64,000 nucleotides of DNA from Elainellaceae cyanobacterium (GCA_051117555.1 JBNPEG010000006.1:1-64000); one strand, 5' to 3'; positions 31,171 to 44,305 are shown, counted from the stretch's first letter. Notes: generated by a model from the letters alone, not told the origin. Program-made: numbers and translations.

Positions 31171-31836
31171 ATGCAGCAATTTTTAGAATTTATGTTGGGC
31201 AGCATAGCTGCCCTATTTCCGGTTGTAGACCCGATCGGCGGCGTGCCCATCTTTTTAATTTTGACGTCCGGCGCATCTAAGCAGTTACGATGGCAGTTTG
31301 CTCGTAAAACTGCCATCTATGTGATTCTTGTTCTCATCTTTTTTGTGCTCGTAGGAGGAGGCTTCTTGCGGTTTTTCCGCATTTCATTAGAAGTCGTACG
31401 AATTGCCGGAGGGATTGTGGTATTTCATGCAGCATGGCAAACCATGAATGCCAAACCCAGACTAACTGCTTCTGAAAATCAAGAAGCTGCCCTGAAGGTT
31501 AATCATCATGAAGATATTTCCTTCCTACCCATGACGATTCCGATGCTGGCAGGTCCGGGATCCATTGCTGTAACATTAGGGCTTTCAGCTCAAGCTGGGC
31601 GAGAATTATCCATTGAAACTGCCCTAAACTTGATGGCTGCCTCCCTTGCGATTATTTTGATTGGAGCCATCATTTACATATCGCTGCGTTCGTCTACGCT
31701 CTTGCTAAGAATGTTGGGCGAAACAGGCATTCATGCCATAAGCCGACTGTTAGGCCTATTTGTAATGGCAGTAGGAGTGCAACTTATTCTTAATGGGTTA
31801 GCGGATTGGCTCAGCAACTTGAGAGTTTTACAATGA
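31171..31836 (+). CDS. MarC family membrane protein
   Basis: VDPIG, PMTIPMLAGPGSI. Confidence 0.9.
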   Translation: MQQFLEFMLGSIAALFPVVDPIGGVPIFLILTSGASKQLRWQFARKTAIYVILVLIFFVLVGGGFLRFFRISLEVVRIAGGIVVFHAAWQTMNAKPRLTASENQEAALKVNHHEDISFLPMTIPMLAGPGSIAVTLGLSAQAGRELSIETALNLMAASLAIILIGAIIYISLRSSTLLLRMLGETGIHAISRLLGLFVMAVGVQLILNGLADWLSNLRVLQ

Positions 31837-32013
31837 TTTCAGACCTCTTAAGGGTATGGAACTTGAGGTCGTCATAACGTATTTTTGCACTCTGCCATCG
31901 TGTGTCTTTGCAACCGAGCATCAAGTTTTATGCTGGATCACCTGAAAATTCAGACGATGCATCGAGTCAATACGATATTTTTTTCCCAAGCCACAGTGAA
32001 TTGTGAAATCACG

Positions 32014-32056
32014 AAAAAAGCGCAGAGAGCTCGATATCTCGATACCACTCTGCGCT
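32014..32056 (-). terminator. Intrinsic terminator after gltB
   Basis: Minus strand GCGCAGAG...CTCTGCGC followed by T6. Confidence 0.7.
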
Positions 32057-32078
32057 AAATGAGCAAACGTTTAGATTA

Positions 32079-35000
32079 TTACTTAGCCGGAGTCAATACG
32101 CGTTCTTCAGCCATTTCTGCATTGGCTTCGGGCATGTTTTCTTCTGAAGGGGGCACTACCTGCCAGAATTTTGGTAAGTAGTTAGACCAGTTATCTAAGA
32201 TACGTTTCGCTTTTGGACTGCCGGTGCGATTAGCATGAGCCTCAATTAAACCCTTGATTTGCGTTTCTCCCGCAGGTGTTAGCACCCGTTGGATTTTGAC
32301 AATTTCAGGATTGACCTTATCGGGGAAGGTATCATCTTCGTCGAGGAAATAGGCTAAACCGCCGGTCATACCAGCACCTACATTGCGCCCTACTTTACCC
32401 AAGACCACAACGACCCCACCTGTCATGTATTCACAACAGTGATCGCCTGACCCTTCGATGACCGCTTGCCCTTTTGAGTTACGCACTGCAAATCGCTCTC
32501 CTGCTTGCCCATTTGCGAAGAGAGTGCCGCCCGTAGCTCCATATAAACACGTGTTCCCAACAATGACATTTTCAGAGGGAAGATATGTCGCAGATGGCAG
32601 GGGTTTAATGACAATCTCGCCACCATGCATGCCTTTGCCGACGTAGTCGTTTGCTTCTCCTGTGAGGTTGAGGATCATTCCGGGTAAATTGAAGGCACCG
32701 AAACTTTGTCCGACACTGCCTTCAAAATTAAGCACAATCTGCCCCTCAAAGCCTGTATTGCCATATTGCTTGGCGATCGCCCCTGCTAGCCGAGCTCCAA
32801 TTGTTCGGTCTGTATTGACGACTACATACGATTTTTCGACCTCACTCTGCTGAGCAATTGCCGATTGAATGTCGGGATCGGTCAGCAACTGGTTATCTAA
32901 AACAGGACCATTGCTATGAACCGGTTCGTGATCTAACCAAGTGCGATCGTGACGGGTATCCGGCAGATGAAGCAAACAGTCAAGATTAAGAGATGCCGTC
33001 TTTGAAAGCTTGGCGCCGTCTCTAGCCTTAAGCAAATCAGCACGACCAATAATCTCGTTGAGAGAGCGATATCCCAGCCGTGCCAGGAGCGATCGCACCT
33101 CTTCAGCGACAAAATAGAAGAAATTCACGACATGGTCTGGGGTTCCACTAAATCGCTTTCGTAACTTCTCTTGCTGAGTAGTAACCCCAACTGGACAGTT
33201 ATTGGTGTGGCAGATTCGAGCCATGATGCAGCCTTCGGCAATCATTGCAACTGAGCCAAACCCATATTCCTCAGCCCCCATCAAGGCTGCCATTAAGACA
33301 TCCCAGCCGGTTTTGAGACCACCATCTGCCCGGAGAATGATGCGATCGCGGAGCTGATTTTCCATGAGGACTCGATGAACCTCGGTAACACCCAGTTCCC
33401 AGGGCACACCCGCATGCTTAATCGAACTCAGCGGTGATGCTCCCGTGCCGCCGTCGTGCCCAGACACCTGAATCACATCGGCATTTGCTTTAGCAACGCC
33501 TGCTGCGATCGTACCAATTCCAATTTCTGCTACCAGCTTCACCGAAACTTTTGCATCGGGGTTAATCTGGTGGAGATCGAAAATGAGCTGAGCCAAATCT
33601 TCGATGGAGTAAATATCATGGTGAGGCGGCGGCGAGATCAGCGACACTCCAGACTTAGAGCGCCGCAACATGGCAATGTAAGGACTCACTTTGCGTCCTG
33701 GCAGTTGTCCGCCTTCTCCAGGCTTAGCACCTTGAGCAATTTTGATCTCAACTTGCCTTGCGTCCATTAAGTATTCGGGAGTGACTCCAAATCGTCCTGA
33801 CGCTACCTGTTTGATGGCAGAGCTGGCGGTATCGCCGTTTCTAAGACCTTTCAGATGCGAAAACAGATTCGAGTGACCCTGTTCATCCACGTCACTGAGA
33901 ACCTTAAATCGCATGGGGTCTTCTCCTCCTTCTCCCGAATTAGACTTACCCCCAATGCGATTCATAGCAACTGCCAATGTCTCATGCGCTTCACGCGAGA
34001 GGGCACCCAATGACATTCCCCCGGTGCAGAACCGCGTGACAATCTCTTCAACGGGCTCAACCTCATCAATGGAAATCGATGGGCGATCGCTCTGAAAATC
34101 GAGTAAGTCTCGTAACGCAGCAGGCAAACGACCTTCTAGATGCTTCTGATAGACCTGGTAATGATCATAGTTTTGGTCAGCAACAGCCTTGTGCAGCGCT
34201 TTTGCCATCTCCGGGCTATTCATGTGATATTCACCGCCCGGTCGATATTGAATAAATCCAAAATTTTCTAGCTTTTTGGTTGAAAGCTCTGGGAATGCTC
34301 TTTGATGGAAGGCCAAAACCTCTTGAGCAAGCTCGGTAATCGTTAAGCCACCCACACGGGATGTTGTGCCCGAAAATGCAATGTCTAACAGATCCGACCC
34401 AATGCCAATGGCCTCAAAAATTTGAGCCCCGTGATAGCTTGACAACAGAGAGATGCCCATCTTACTCAAGATTTTGAGTAGCCCTGCTTCCGTAGCGTGG
34501 CGATAATTCTCTTGAGCGTCTTCTATCGTCATAGACGGAATTCGCTCTTTTTGCATGAGTGTTTGAGTCTTTGAACTTGACCACCACTGGCGGACCGTTT
34601 CCCATGCTAGGTATGGACAAACAGCGCTTGCTCCGTATCCAATCAAAGCAGCAAAATGATGCGTACTCCAACATTGAGCTGTGTCAATAACGATGGATGC
34701 TTTCATCCGCAACCCGTGTCGAATGAGATGATGATGAACCGCACCCACGGCAAGCATCGGAGGAATATAGCTATCATCTTCATTCAAGCCCTGCTCATGC
34801 CCTTGGAGCGAGAGGCGATCGCTCAAAATCAAAATCTTCTTGCCTGACCGAACCGCTGCCGCCGCCTTCTCACAAAGAACACCGACACTTTTCTGTAAGG
34901 TGTCTGGGCCTCCGGCAATCTGAAATTGAGTTGACAGCGCTTCAACTTCAAAGCCGGAATTTCGGATTCCTGCCAGCTCACCCTCATTTAACACAGGAGT

Positions 35001-36755
35001 CTCTAGCTTGAGCAGGCGAGAATATTCAGGGCGTTCATCCAGCAGATTACCGCGTTCGCCTAACTGCATCGAAAGAGACATGACCAGGCTTTCTCGAAGC
35101 GGGTCAATCGGGGGATTCGTTACTTGGGCAAATCGCTGTTTGAAATAGTCGTATAGAAGTCTTGGTTTGTCAGAGAGAATCGCGAGTGGAATGTCATCTC
35201 CCATGCAGAAGGTCGGCTCCTTGCCTTGAGATGCCATCGCTTCGATGATCATGTCCACGTCTTCAGTGGTGTAGCCGAAAGCGGTTTGCTGACGCAATAA
35301 ATCGTCAGCAGACATCTGAGTCGAGGAGGTGAAGGCTCGTGGCTCCAGATCAAAGCGGTTATCTCTTAGCCATTGCCCATAGGGCTGAGAGCTGGCAACT
35401 CGTTGCTTGATGTCCCAGTTTTTAAGAACCTCATGGGTTTCTAAATCAACGGCGATCGCCTGTCCAGGCCCCAACCGCCCCTTTTCTACGATGTCTTCTT
35501 CAGCCAACCCAATCACACCGGCCTCGGACGAAACAACCACATAGCCGTCCCGAGTCAATGCATATCGAGCTGGGCGCAGACCATTGCGATCCAGAAGTGC
35601 TCCCACTTTTCTGCCGTCGCTAAACACCAGAAGCGCCGGACCATCCCATGGTTCCTGAATCCCGCTGTAATATTCATAAAAATCAACAATCTCAGGATGG
35701 TCAACCAAATCGGGTTGATTTTGGTATGCCTCCGGCACCATCATGGTCAAAACATCGAGAGGGCTTCGTCCTGATTGCACCAATAGCTCAGCTACATTGT
35801 CTAACGTTGCCGAGTCGCTGTTTTCAGGATTGACGATTGGCTTTAATATCTCTAGGCGATCGCCCCAGACTGGATGATTCAGGTCTGCTTCTCGCGCCAT
35901 CATCCAGTTAATATTTCCTAGCAGAGTGTTAATCTCTCCATTATGACCCAATAAGCGCATCGGTTGCGCGAGAGGCCAGCGTGGCATTGTATTGGTGCTA
36001 AAGCGGCGATGATAGACCGCAAAGGGGCTCTCATAGAGGGGATTGGTCAAATCGGGATAAAACTCACCTAATACCGATGACCGCGCCATTCCCTTGTAAA
36101 TAATCGTGCGAGACGAGAATGAACAAATATAGAGATCTTCTAGTCCCTCAGCAACTTCATGCGACAAATCCGACGACAGTGTAGCCGCAACCGAATGACC
36201 AATTTGGCGACGCAACAAATATAATTCTCGCTCTAGCTCTTCACCCTCAAACGCTGATTGCACAAACAACTGCTCAATTTGAGGTTGATGTTCTAGTGCT
36301 TGAACGCCCAATACATCTGGCTTCACCGGGACAGACCGCCATCCAAGCATCTTGAAGCTCGATTCTCTGATAACCCCTTCGATAATCTGCCGTGATAGAG
36401 ACGCAGCCGATTCATGTTGAGGTAAGAAAACCATGCCGACGCCCATCTTCGCAGGCGATGGAGAGTGTATTTCCTGGTCGTTCAGCCATTCTTGCAACAA
36501 AGCCCAAGGAATCGCCGTCATTAGACCTGCACCATCTCCAGAATCCTGGTCGGCGCTACACGCTCCTCTATGCTCCAGACACGTCAATGCAGAAAGAGCT
36601 TGAGTAACCAGGGTGTGACTAGCACGACCATACTGATCGGCTAAAAAGCCAACCCCACAGGCATCGCGTTCTTCAACTAGCCATCGTTGCCCTGCAAATC
36701 CTGCATTCAATCCCCGATTCTTAAACTTTTCCTGATTCACGTTCATATTGCCCAT
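32079..36755 (-). CDS. gltB: Glutamate synthase large subunit (ferredoxin-dependent GlsF type)
   Basis: [10 protein letters not shown]-terminal Cys, [29 protein letters not shown]; no adjacent gltD. Confidence 0.96.
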   Translation of the reverse strand: MGNMNVNQEKFKNRGLNAGFAGQRWLVEERDACGVGFLADQYGRASHTLVTQALSALTCLEHRGACSADQDSGDGAGLMTAIPWALLQEWLNDQEIHSPSPAKMGVGMVFLPQHESAASLSRQIIEGVIRESSFKMLGWRSVPVKPDVLGVQALEHQPQIEQLFVQSAFEGEELERELYLLRRQIGHSVAATLSSDLSHEVAEGLEDLYICSFSSRTIIYKGMARSSVLGEFYPDLTNPLYESPFAVYHRRFSTNTMPRWPLAQPMRLLGHNGEINTLLGNINWMMAREADLNHPVWGDRLEILKPIVNPENSDSATLDNVAELLVQSGRSPLDVLTMMVPEAYQNQPDLVDHPEIVDFYEYYSGIQEPWDGPALLVFSDGRKVGALLDRNGLRPARYALTRDGYVVVSSEAGVIGLAEEDIVEKGRLGPGQAIAVDLETHEVLKNWDIKQRVASSQPYGQWLRDNRFDLEPRAFTSSTQMSADDLLRQQTAFGYTTEDVDMIIEAMASQGKEPTFCMGDDIPLAILSDKPRLLYDYFKQRFAQVTNPPIDPLRESLVMSLSMQLGERGNLLDERPEYSRLLKLETPVLNEGELAGIRNSGFEVEALSTQFQIAGGPDTLQKSVGVLCEKAAAAVRSGKKILILSDRLSLQGHEQGLNEDDSYIPPMLAVGAVHHHLIRHGLRMKASIVIDTAQCWSTHHFAALIGYGASAVCPYLAWETVRQWWSSSKTQTLMQKERIPSMTIEDAQENYRHATEAGLLKILSKMGISLLSSYHGAQIFEAIGIGSDLLDIAFSGTTSRVGGLTITELAQEVLAFHQRAFPELSTKKLENFGFIQYRPGGEYHMNSPEMAKALHKAVADQNYDHYQVYQKHLEGRLPAALRDLLDFQSDRPSISIDEVEPVEEIVTRFCTGGMSLGALSREAHETLAVAMNRIGGKSNSGEGGEDPMRFKVLSDVDEQGHSNLFSHLKGLRNGDTASSAIKQVASGRFGVTPEYLMDARQVEIKIAQGAKPGEGGQLPGRKVSPYIAMLRRSKSGVSLISPPPHHDIYSIEDLAQLIFDLHQINPDAKVSVKLVAEIGIGTIAAGVAKANADVIQVSGHDGGTGASPLSSIKHAGVPWELGVTEVHRVLMENQLRDRIILRADGGLKTGWDVLMAALMGAEEYGFGSVAMIAEGCIMARICHTNNCPVGVTTQQEKLRKRFSGTPDHVVNFFYFVAEEVRSLLARLGYRSLNEIIGRADLLKARDGAKLSKTASLNLDCLLHLPDTRHDRTWLDHEPVHSNGPVLDNQLLTDPDIQSAIAQQSEVEKSYVVVNTDRTIGARLAGAIAKQYGNTGFEGQIVLNFEGSVGQSFGAFNLPGMILNLTGEANDYVGKGMHGGEIVIKPLPSATYLPSENVIVGNTCLYGATGGTLFANGQAGERFAVRNSKGQAVIEGSGDHCCEYMTGGVVVVLGKVGRNVGAGMTGGLAYFLDEDDTFPDKVNPEIVKIQRVLTPAGETQIKGLIEAHANRTGSPKAKRILDNWSNYLPKFWQVVPPSEENMPEANAEMAEERVLTPAK

Positions 36756-37594
36756 AAGACTATCTAGAATCGCCTATAACGCTGAAACTACTCCGACAGT
36801 GATCTGATGATTGGTTTTGGTTAAAGAAGACATCGAACAAAAGCGCTATGCTCGTCAAAAAACTTAGGATTTTAAATCCTGCTCAAATCTGAGGCTCTAA
36901 AGGCTAGATTAAGCAGAAAATCTATACCGTTGAATTTCCCTTATAAGAGAGACTATTACACAGCGCCCTCAGGGACAATAGTAATCCTCTGATAAGCGCC
37001 TACTTCAGGTATCAAGGCTGTAATGTCAGCCCCTTTAAGGTTGAATGCCTCTTGCTGAGCACCTATGATCCAACGTCGCAGCCTATTTCTAAACCCGAGC
37101 CGCCTAATGATAAGCAAAAATGTCGCTTGAAAGTAAGCTACCGTTAAGGACCGACCCCAATCGACAAACTCACAATACGAGTGTAGAAATCTTATAGAAA
37201 GTATTGTGATCTGACAATCCCTGAACCTTAATCAAGAAACTAGCCTCTCTGGACTGATGTTCTTGTTAGCTGGAATTCTTAACACTTAGACATTGATATT
37301 AAACCAGCCTAAGCCCCTTCGTTACTCATTATGCTCTCTGAGTTAACAGCGAGATGTTGGCTCACTTTCTTCATTATGAAGTTAAACACTCGAATTGATG
37401 GGTGACTTAACAAGAAAAATGGCCCCTCAGGTCATTGTTTCTTGATAATCTCCCGAACGTTGCAACAATCACGACTAAAACTGACTGTGTAGATCAATCA
37501 CCCCCAAACTCCGCTAAAAAATCTTACCCGTCCGGACTCGTATTGACCATACTAGTAATACTCTTGGAGTTTCTCAATTGACTGGCTCAATTAA

Positions 37595-39529
37595 TTGGCT
37601 CAATTAACTGGGAGAATTAGGTTAGCTGTGGCTCAAATTCGAAAACAACGGTACTCTTCCAAGCGATTTCAATCGCAAAACCGCCCCAGAGGTCAAATTA
37701 GACGGGTTAAGCGATTCAGGTCAATTATTGCAGTTATCATCCTGTTGACCTCTACTCTATATCTAATTTCGAGCCGAGGAGATGCCGAATCGCTTGACCG
37801 CAAGATTTCTCCCATATTGAGTAGCGCATCCTGGATGTCTAATGGAGGGCATGCATCCTCCTTGATGCCGTTTACTCGCCAGGGTAATCAACTTTTTCTT
37901 AATGGTCGTGCATTACCTGCAACGTGGAGTCAGCGATCGCAACGCATTGGCATTTCAGATGCAAGCCTGATAGGTGTCTTGGGGGTCGAATGCCTGAATA
38001 CAGCAGATTCTTCTAAACAGCCGATTCAATGGTTTTCTCAGTCAGATCGCGATGTACCCGTTCTCTCAACCTGGATGGATCAGCAATATCGCTATCTAGA
38101 TATCACGCCATTGGCTCAACAAAACGGTTGGACTGTTGACCCCACTGGCAATGTCCTTCAGATTACGACTCCTCCGTCGAGAGTGTTGGGGATTAGGCAA
38201 GGTCAGCAAGATTGGGGCGATCGCATTGTGGTTGAATTAGACCGTCCCACTCCCTGGCAAATCACCGAGCAAAATGAACAGGCAATCATTACGATTGACG
38301 CATCGGTTGATCCATCGCTTTTGCGCAGTCTTGAGTCAAGAGCAGGGAGATTACTAAAGTCGATATCCGTTGAATCGAGAGGGAATCAAACTCTAGTTCA
38401 GCTTGATATCCCACCCAATTTGAGATCTCACGTTTGGACGCTGGCAAACCCCAATCGACTGGTCATGGATATTCGATCTGATCGCATCCCTGAGCGTGAT
38501 ATTCTTTGGTCGCCAGGAATCAGATGGAAGCAGCAAATGGTAAATGCTGGATCAAATTCACAGTATCCAGTGGTCTGGCTAGAAGTCGATCCCCGTCAGC
38601 CAGAACTCCTACTCAAACCGATTTGGAGTAATCCTTCCGCTGCAATAGGTATTGCGCCTCTTCTGACAACGGCTCAACGCTGGCAGGCGGTCGCTGCCGT
38701 TAATGGGGGGTTCTTCAACCGCAATAATCAGCTTCCCCTAGGAGCGATTCGTCAAGATAACCGATGGATTTCGGGCCCCATCTTAAATCGAGGGGCGATC
38801 GCCTGGGATGATGCGGGCAATATTGCTATAGGTCGGCTCAGTATTCAAGAAACGATTCAAACGTCTACCGGAGAGCAATTTCCCGTTCTCCATCTCAATA
38901 GCGGCTATGTGCAAGCAGGCATCGCTCGTTACACATCCGATTGGGGATCTACTTATACAACGCTGACTGATCACGAGATAGTCGTCACCGTCGAAAGTGA
39001 ACGGGTTATTCGCCAGCAAGTCGGCTCTGTTGGAGGGCAGTTGACCGTTCCAATTCCGAGTAATGGATACCTATTAGCACTGCGATCTTACAGAACAGCA
39101 GCAAACGCTATTCCTATCGGAACGTCGCTTCAGCGAGAGACTTACGTTCTTCCATCAGACTTCGAGCGCTATCCGCATGTTGTTGGGGCAGGGCCGCTGC
39201 TCATTAAAAATCGTCAAATTGTTCTTAATCCACGCTCTGAACAGTTTTCTGAAGCGTTTATTCGTCAAAGAGCCCCTCGAAGCGCCATTGGCATCACGGA
39301 TCGAAATACCTTGATTGTTGCAGCCGCTTATAATAGTCCGCACGGAACGGGACCTAGTTTGTCTGAAATGGCCCAAATTATGCAACGTCTCAGTGTTGTG
39401 GATGCACTCAATCTAGATGGAGGAAGTTCGACGACCCTTTATCTAGGAGGGCAAATTCTTAACCGTTCTCCGCAAACGGCAGCCCGCGTACACAACGGAA
39501 TCGGCATTTTCATGCAGCCAAGCTTTTAG
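37595..39529 (+). CDS. Phosphodiester glycosidase (NAGPA-like) family protein
   Basis: AVNGGFF, GAGPLL, PRSAIG, ALNLDGGSST; start uncertain. Confidence 0.88.
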   Translation: MAQLTGRIRLAVAQIRKQRYSSKRFQSQNRPRGQIRRVKRFRSIIAVIILLTSTLYLISSRGDAESLDRKISPILSSASWMSNGGHASSLMPFTRQGNQLFLNGRALPATWSQRSQRIGISDASLIGVLGVECLNTADSSKQPIQWFSQSDRDVPVLSTWMDQQYRYLDITPLAQQNGWTVDPTGNVLQITTPPSRVLGIRQGQQDWGDRIVVELDRPTPWQITEQNEQAIITIDASVDPSLLRSLESRAGRLLKSISVESRGNQTLVQLDIPPNLRSHVWTLANPNRLVMDIRSDRIPERDILWSPGIRWKQQMVNAGSNSQYPVVWLEVDPRQPELLLKPIWSNPSAAIGIAPLLTTAQRWQAVAAVNGGFFNRNNQLPLGAIRQDNRWISGPILNRGAIAWDDAGNIAIGRLSIQETIQTSTGEQFPVLHLNSGYVQAGIARYTSDWGSTYTTLTDHEIVVTVESERVIRQQVGSVGGQLTVPIPSNGYLLALRSYRTAANAIPIGTSLQRETYVLPSDFERYPHVVGAGPLLIKNRQIVLNPRSEQFSEAFIRQRAPRSAIGITDRNTLIVAAAYNSPHGTGPSLSEMAQIMQRLSVVDALNLDGGSSTTLYLGGQILNRSPQTAARVHNGIGIFMQPSF

Positions 39530-39917
39530 AAACCATTAATTTCGAGAAGTCACGTACGCACTATTTCTCTATATAATCATGCGCGAGTGTAAACCGATTC
39601 ACCATGTGCCTTGAAGCTTCCATAAAGCCCTGTTGGATTGAGTAAAGAATCAGCACAGATTCAATGAATCCCGAAGGATACGGGTGACATTCTCTAGGGG
39701 GAATCTGTTATGTTTGGCTTCAGTAATGAAACAATCATGCATCATTCCATTGCTTTAGTTACTTAATCCTAATCGCTCTCTTACGCTGCTTATATGCAAG
39801 TCATCTTGAGCAAATTCCCCGATGCTCTTGGAACTTAATTCGCAGGGTTCAATTCGTAAAGTTCTATCTCTACTTACCAAGTATTCGATTTATAGTTTTA
39901 TCCAAGGAGAGAGTATT

Positions 39918-40337
39918 GTGGTTCAAACCAAAGAAGTTACACAATCGCCTGCATTGCCATTATCCGCTGGTGCTCCGAAAGGGGTTGCGGCTACAGAACT
40001 CCGCCCTTGGGGATCTTTTACAGTCCTTGAAGAAGGGCGCGGCTATAAAATAAAGCGTATTGAGGTCAAGCCAGGTCATCGCCTAAGCTTGCAAATGCAT
40101 CATCATCGTAGTGAGCACTGGATCGTTGTTTCCGGAACAGCGAAGGTTAACTGCGACGAGAAAGAAACCTTATTATTCAGTAATCAATCCACCTACGTGC
40201 CCCCCTGTACTAGTCATCGACTGGAAAATCCTGGCGTGATCCCGCTCATTTTGATTGAAGTGCAAAATGGTGAATATCTTGGAGAAGATGACATTGTCCG
40301 ATTCCAAGATGACTATGCTCGTGCGAATGGTAAATGA
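39918..40337 (+). CDS. Cupin, mannose-6-phosphate isomerase type II C-terminal domain
   Basis: RPWG, LSLQMHHHRSEHW, EVQNGEYLGEDDIVR; AGGAG RBS before GTG 39918. Confidence 0.9.
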   Translation: MVQTKEVTQSPALPLSAGAPKGVAATELRPWGSFTVLEEGRGYKIKRIEVKPGHRLSLQMHHHRSEHWIVVSGTAKVNCDEKETLLFSNQSTYVPPCTSHRLENPGVIPLILIEVQNGEYLGEDDIVRFQDDYARANGK

Positions 40338-40399
40338 GGCTATCAAGCGGTCAATAGATTCAATAATAAGCAGATAAGTCAGGTTTATATTTTTTGCAG

Positions 40400-40426
40400 A
40401 AAGGAGTCTTTGGTGACTCCTTTTTT
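40400..40426 (+). terminator. Intrinsic terminator after cupin gene
   Basis: AAAGGAGTC...GACTCCTTT stem with T-run. Confidence 0.7.
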
Positions 40427-40652
40427 ATTTTTCCGTTTGGTAGCGTACGTTCTCGCAATAGGACGTCAAACATGTGTAAAACTCCCAAGCGGCAGAGAGC
40501 TTAGTACCCCCATCTAAATCCATGAAGCGATATCGCTTTATCTATCTTTGTAAGATTTACCAGATCCCCAGCAGAATATGTTGTAGTTCGCAGTTGAGAA
40601 CTTATACGATTGAGTCATGTCGTTAGCTACGTTATGTCTAGGCCAGTGAATA

Positions 40653-40985
40653 ATGATTCAGTTAAGTAAAGCCGCGATCGCCGAGGTCACGCGGCTAAAG
40701 CAAAAAACCGCAAATTCTAGTGCTCGATTTCGCTTATCAGTCCAGCCCGGAGGATGTGCCGATTTCCATTACGTACTCAAATTTTCCGATGAAGTCTTGG
40801 CGGGCGATCGCGAAATTAACTGTGAATCGATCCAAATCATAGTCGATACAGAAAGTTGGGATTACCTAAGGGGACTGACCCTAGACTATTCCGAGGATCT
40901 AATGGGCGGAGGATTTCGATTTTACAATCCCAATGCAAATCAGACCTGTGGATGTGGAAATTCTTTCTCTATAAACTTAATATAA
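40653..40985 (+). CDS. HesB/IscA family Fe-S assembly protein
   Basis: GGC and NPNA..TCGCGNSF. Confidence 0.9.
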   Translation: MIQLSKAAIAEVTRLKQKTANSSARFRLSVQPGGCADFHYVLKFSDEVLAGDREINCESIQIIVDTESWDYLRGLTLDYSEDLMGGGFRFYNPNANQTCGCGNSFSINLI

Positions 40986-41114
40986 GCTCAAGCCATTAGC
41001 GATTCATCATAACTATGACTCCTCGATTGACAGTGGTTTTGTTTTACCGCTAAAATAATAGACTGTTGCAAATTTGGATCTGTATTTTAAGAGAGGCAAA
41101 ATAAAGCCAGTCCC

Positions 41115-41489
41115 ATGCCCACAATTCAACAGTTGATTAGTAGCGAACGTCGCAAAACCAAGCAAAAGACTAAGTCTCCTGCATTAAAGAGTTGCCCTCA
41201 ACGTCGAGGAGTATGTACGCGGGTCTATACTACAACTCCAAAGAAGCCGAATTCGGCCTTGCGCAAGGTGGCAAGGGTCAGATTAACGTCTGGCTTCGAG
41301 GTGACGGCCTATATTCCAGGAATCGGGCATAATTTGCAAGAGCACTCAGTTGTAATGATTCGAGGAGGTCGCGTTAAAGACTTGCCTGGAGTCCGTTACC
41401 ACATTATTCGTGGAACGTTAGATACAGCGGGTGTTAAAGACCGTCGGCAGAGCCGTTCCAAATACGGAGCCAAGCGCCCTAAAGGATAG
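41115..41489 (+). CDS. rpsL: 30S ribosomal protein S12
   Basis: [22 protein letters not shown]. Confidence 0.99.
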   Translation: MPTIQQLISSERRKTKQKTKSPALKSCPQRRGVCTRVYTTTPKKPNSALRKVARVRLTSGFEVTAYIPGIGHNLQEHSVVMIRGGRVKDLPGVRYHIIRGTLDTAGVKDRRQSRSKYGAKRPKG

Positions 41490-41666
41490 ACGGTCTAAAG
41501 ACGCTCTTTCTCATTTAGGTATAGGTCAAGCAGAGCTTACCTGCATTTAGGCATAGTTTTGCTATGCAGAGCGAGTATTTTTGACTCGTTTCAGTTACTT
41601 TAGAGATATCTGCGCTCTAGAACTTTATTTATAGATCTTTCGGAAAATTTTAGGAATTTTGAAGGT

Positions 41667-42137
41667 ATGTCTCGCCGTACATCTGCTCAAAAGCGTGCCA
41701 CTCAATCAGATCCGGTATACAATAGCCGCCTCGTTAGTATGATGGTTTGTCGTATTATGAGGTCCGGGAAAAAGTCCCTCTCTTATCGGATCATTTACGA
41801 TGCTTTCAAAGTGATAGAAGAGCGAACCAATTCAGATCCTTTGGAAGTTTTTGAGCAGGCTGTTAGAAATGCTACTCCCCTCGTTGAAGTCAAGGCGCGT
41901 CGAGTCGGAGGAGCAACATACCAAGTTCCAATGGAAGTTCGCTCAGAGCGTGGTATTGCGCTAGCATTGCGCTGGTTAATCCAGTTCTCTCGACAGCGTT
42001 CTGGACGTTCGATGGCCATGAAGTTAGCTAATGAGCTAATGGATGCCGCGAACGAAACAGGCAGCGCTATTCGAAAGAGAGAAGAAACTCATCGTATGGC
42101 GGAAGCGAATAAAGCATTTGCCCATTATCGATATTGA
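41667..42137 (+). CDS. rpsG: 30S ribosomal protein S7
   Basis: [23 protein letters not shown]. Confidence 0.99.
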   Translation: MSRRTSAQKRATQSDPVYNSRLVSMMVCRIMRSGKKSLSYRIIYDAFKVIEERTNSDPLEVFEQAVRNATPLVEVKARRVGGATYQVPMEVRSERGIALALRWLIQFSRQRSGRSMAMKLANELMDAANETGSAIRKREETHRMAEANKAFAHYRY

Positions 42138-42229
42138 CGCTTGGAAAGGCTGCCTTGTTGAGATGCGAGAGTATAGAATCTTAACAGATGCGGTAAACGA
42201 GGATGGCGCCAGAGGTTAAGGAGGTAGCT

Positions 42230-44305
42230 GTGGCACGTAGTATTCCACTTGAGAAAATACGAAATATTGGGATCGCTGCCCATATCGATGCAGGCAAGAC
42301 GACGACGACAGAGCGAATTTTGTTTTATTCTGGAGTCGTTCATAAGCTGGGCGAGGTGCATGAAGGGACAGCAGTTACCGATTGGATGGCGCAGGAGAGA
42401 GAGCGTGGAATTACGATTACTGCCGCCGCGATTAGCACAAATTGGAAAGATCATCGAATTAACATCATCGATACTCCTGGACACGTAGATTTCACCATTG
42501 AGGTGGAGCGTTCCATGAGGGTACTAGACGGTGTCATTACTGTGTTGTGCTCTGTGGGCGGAGTCCAACCGCAGACTGAAACCGTTTGGCGTCAAGCTGA
42601 CCGCTATAAAGTGCCTCGCATTGCGTTCGTTAACAAAATGGATCGCACAGGCGCTAACTTTTTCAGAGTTTATGATCAAGTTCGCGATCGCCTGCGAGCT
42701 AATGCCGTGCCGATTCAGCTTCCAATAGGCAGTGAAGATCAATTCAGCGGTGTTATAGACTTAGTGAGCATGAATGCTCGAATCTATAACGACGATCTCG
42801 GCATGGATATGGTCGATACGGATATTCCCGATAGCGTTCGTGAATTAGCTGATGAGTATCGCTCAATTCTGATGGAAGCAGTTGCTGAAACCAGTGATAG
42901 GCTCACAGAAAAGTATTTAGAAGGTAAAGAATTTACCGAGGAAGAAATTCGATCAGCAGTTCGCAAGGCAACTATTGAAGGCAAAATGGTGCCGATGCTC
43001 TGTGGTTCTGCCTTTAAGAATAAAGGCGTTCAGTTACTACTCGATACTGTCGTTGACTATCTGCCTGCACCTATTGAAGTTCCTCCCATCCAAGGAATGC
43101 TTTCCGATGGTTCAGTTGCAGTTCGCCATGCTTCTGATGAAGAGCCGCTTGCGGCGCTTGCATTCAAAATCATGGCGGATCAGTATGGTCGTTTGACATT
43201 TCTTAGAGTTTACTCAGGAATTTTGGCAAAGGGTAGCTATGTTTACAACTCCAACAAAGACAAAAAAGAGAGGATTTCTAGGCTGATTGTTTTAAAGGCA
43301 GATGAGCGTACCGAGGTTGATGAGTTGCGTGCTGGTGATTTGGGTGCAGCGCTAGGCTTGAAGGACACGTTTACAGGGGATACTCTCTGTGATAGCGAAT
43401 CGCCTGTAATTTTAGAGTCTCTATACATTCCAGAGCCTGTAATCTCTGTTGCAGTCGAGCCTAAAACGAAGCAAGATATGGAGAAGCTCTCTAAGGCTTT
43501 GCAATCTTTGTCTGATGAAGATCCAACATTTCGGGTGTCCATAGATCCTGAGACTAATCAGACGGTGATTGCCGGCATGGGTGAGCTTCATCTCGAAATT
43601 TTAGTAGACCGCATGCTGCGCGAGTTTAAAGTGGAAGCTAATATTGGTGCTCCACAGGTTGCTTATCGCGAGACAATTCGAAAACGGATAGCGACTGAAG
43701 GGAAATTTATTAGACAAAGTGGTGGCAAGGGGCAATATGGTCACGTTGTCATTGAGGTGGAGCCTAGTGAACCCGGCAGTGGATTTGAATTTGTCTCTAA
43801 AATTGTTGGAGGGTCGATTCCAAAAGAATATATTTCACCTGCAGAGCAAGGAATGAAAGAAGCTTGCGAATCGGGGATTTTAGCGGGTTACCCGGTCATC
43901 GATCTAAAGGTAACTTTAATCGATGGTTCTTATCATGACGTTGACTCTTCGGAAATGGCTTTCAAGATTGCAGGATCTATGGCGATTAAGGATGCGGTGA
44001 TTAAGGCTGCTCCCGTTTTGCTAGAGCCTATGATGAAAGTAGAGATAGAAGTCCCCGAAGATTTTCTGGGTGATGTGATAGGCGACCTAAATTCTCGTCG
44101 TGGTCAAATTGAGGGTATGGGATCAGATGAAGGCATTGCTAAAATCTCTTCCAAGGTGCCTTTGGCCGAAATGTTCGGATATGCTACTGATATCCGATCT
44201 AAAACGCAAGGTCGGGGCATATTCTCCATGGAGTTTAGCAACTATGATGAGGTGCCTCGCAATGTTGCTGAGGCAGTCATCGCTAAAAGTAAAGGGAACG
44301 CATAG
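42230..44305 (+). CDS. fusA: Elongation factor G
   Basis: [29 protein letters not shown] before GTG 42230. Confidence 0.98.
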   Translation: MARSIPLEKIRNIGIAAHIDAGKTTTTERILFYSGVVHKLGEVHEGTAVTDWMAQERERGITITAAAISTNWKDHRINIIDTPGHVDFTIEVERSMRVLDGVITVLCSVGGVQPQTETVWRQADRYKVPRIAFVNKMDRTGANFFRVYDQVRDRLRANAVPIQLPIGSEDQFSGVIDLVSMNARIYNDDLGMDMVDTDIPDSVRELADEYRSILMEAVAETSDRLTEKYLEGKEFTEEEIRSAVRKATIEGKMVPMLCGSAFKNKGVQLLLDTVVDYLPAPIEVPPIQGMLSDGSVAVRHASDEEPLAALAFKIMADQYGRLTFLRVYSGILAKGSYVYNSNKDKKERISRLIVLKADERTEVDELRAGDLGAALGLKDTFTGDTLCDSESPVILESLYIPEPVISVAVEPKTKQDMEKLSKALQSLSDEDPTFRVSIDPETNQTVIAGMGELHLEILVDRMLREFKVEANIGAPQVAYRETIRKRIATEGKFIRQSGGKGQYGHVVIEVEPSEPGSGFEFVSKIVGGSIPKEYISPAEQGMKEACESGILAGYPVIDLKVTLIDGSYHDVDSSEMAFKIAGSMAIKDAVIKAAPVLLEPMMKVEIEVPEDFLGDVIGDLNSRRGQIEGMGSDEGIAKISSKVPLAEMFGYATDIRSKTQGRGIFSMEFSNYDEVPRNVAEAVIAKSKGNA

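Noticed and set aside
28304..31836. TldD/PmbA as part of a RiPP cluster
   Set aside because: No precursor peptide, YcaO or exporter nearby; this is the ordinary housekeeping pair.
36756..37594. NtcA box upstream of gltB
   Set aside because: I found no correctly spaced GTA-N8-TAC by eye; the nearest has N7 spacing at about 37540.
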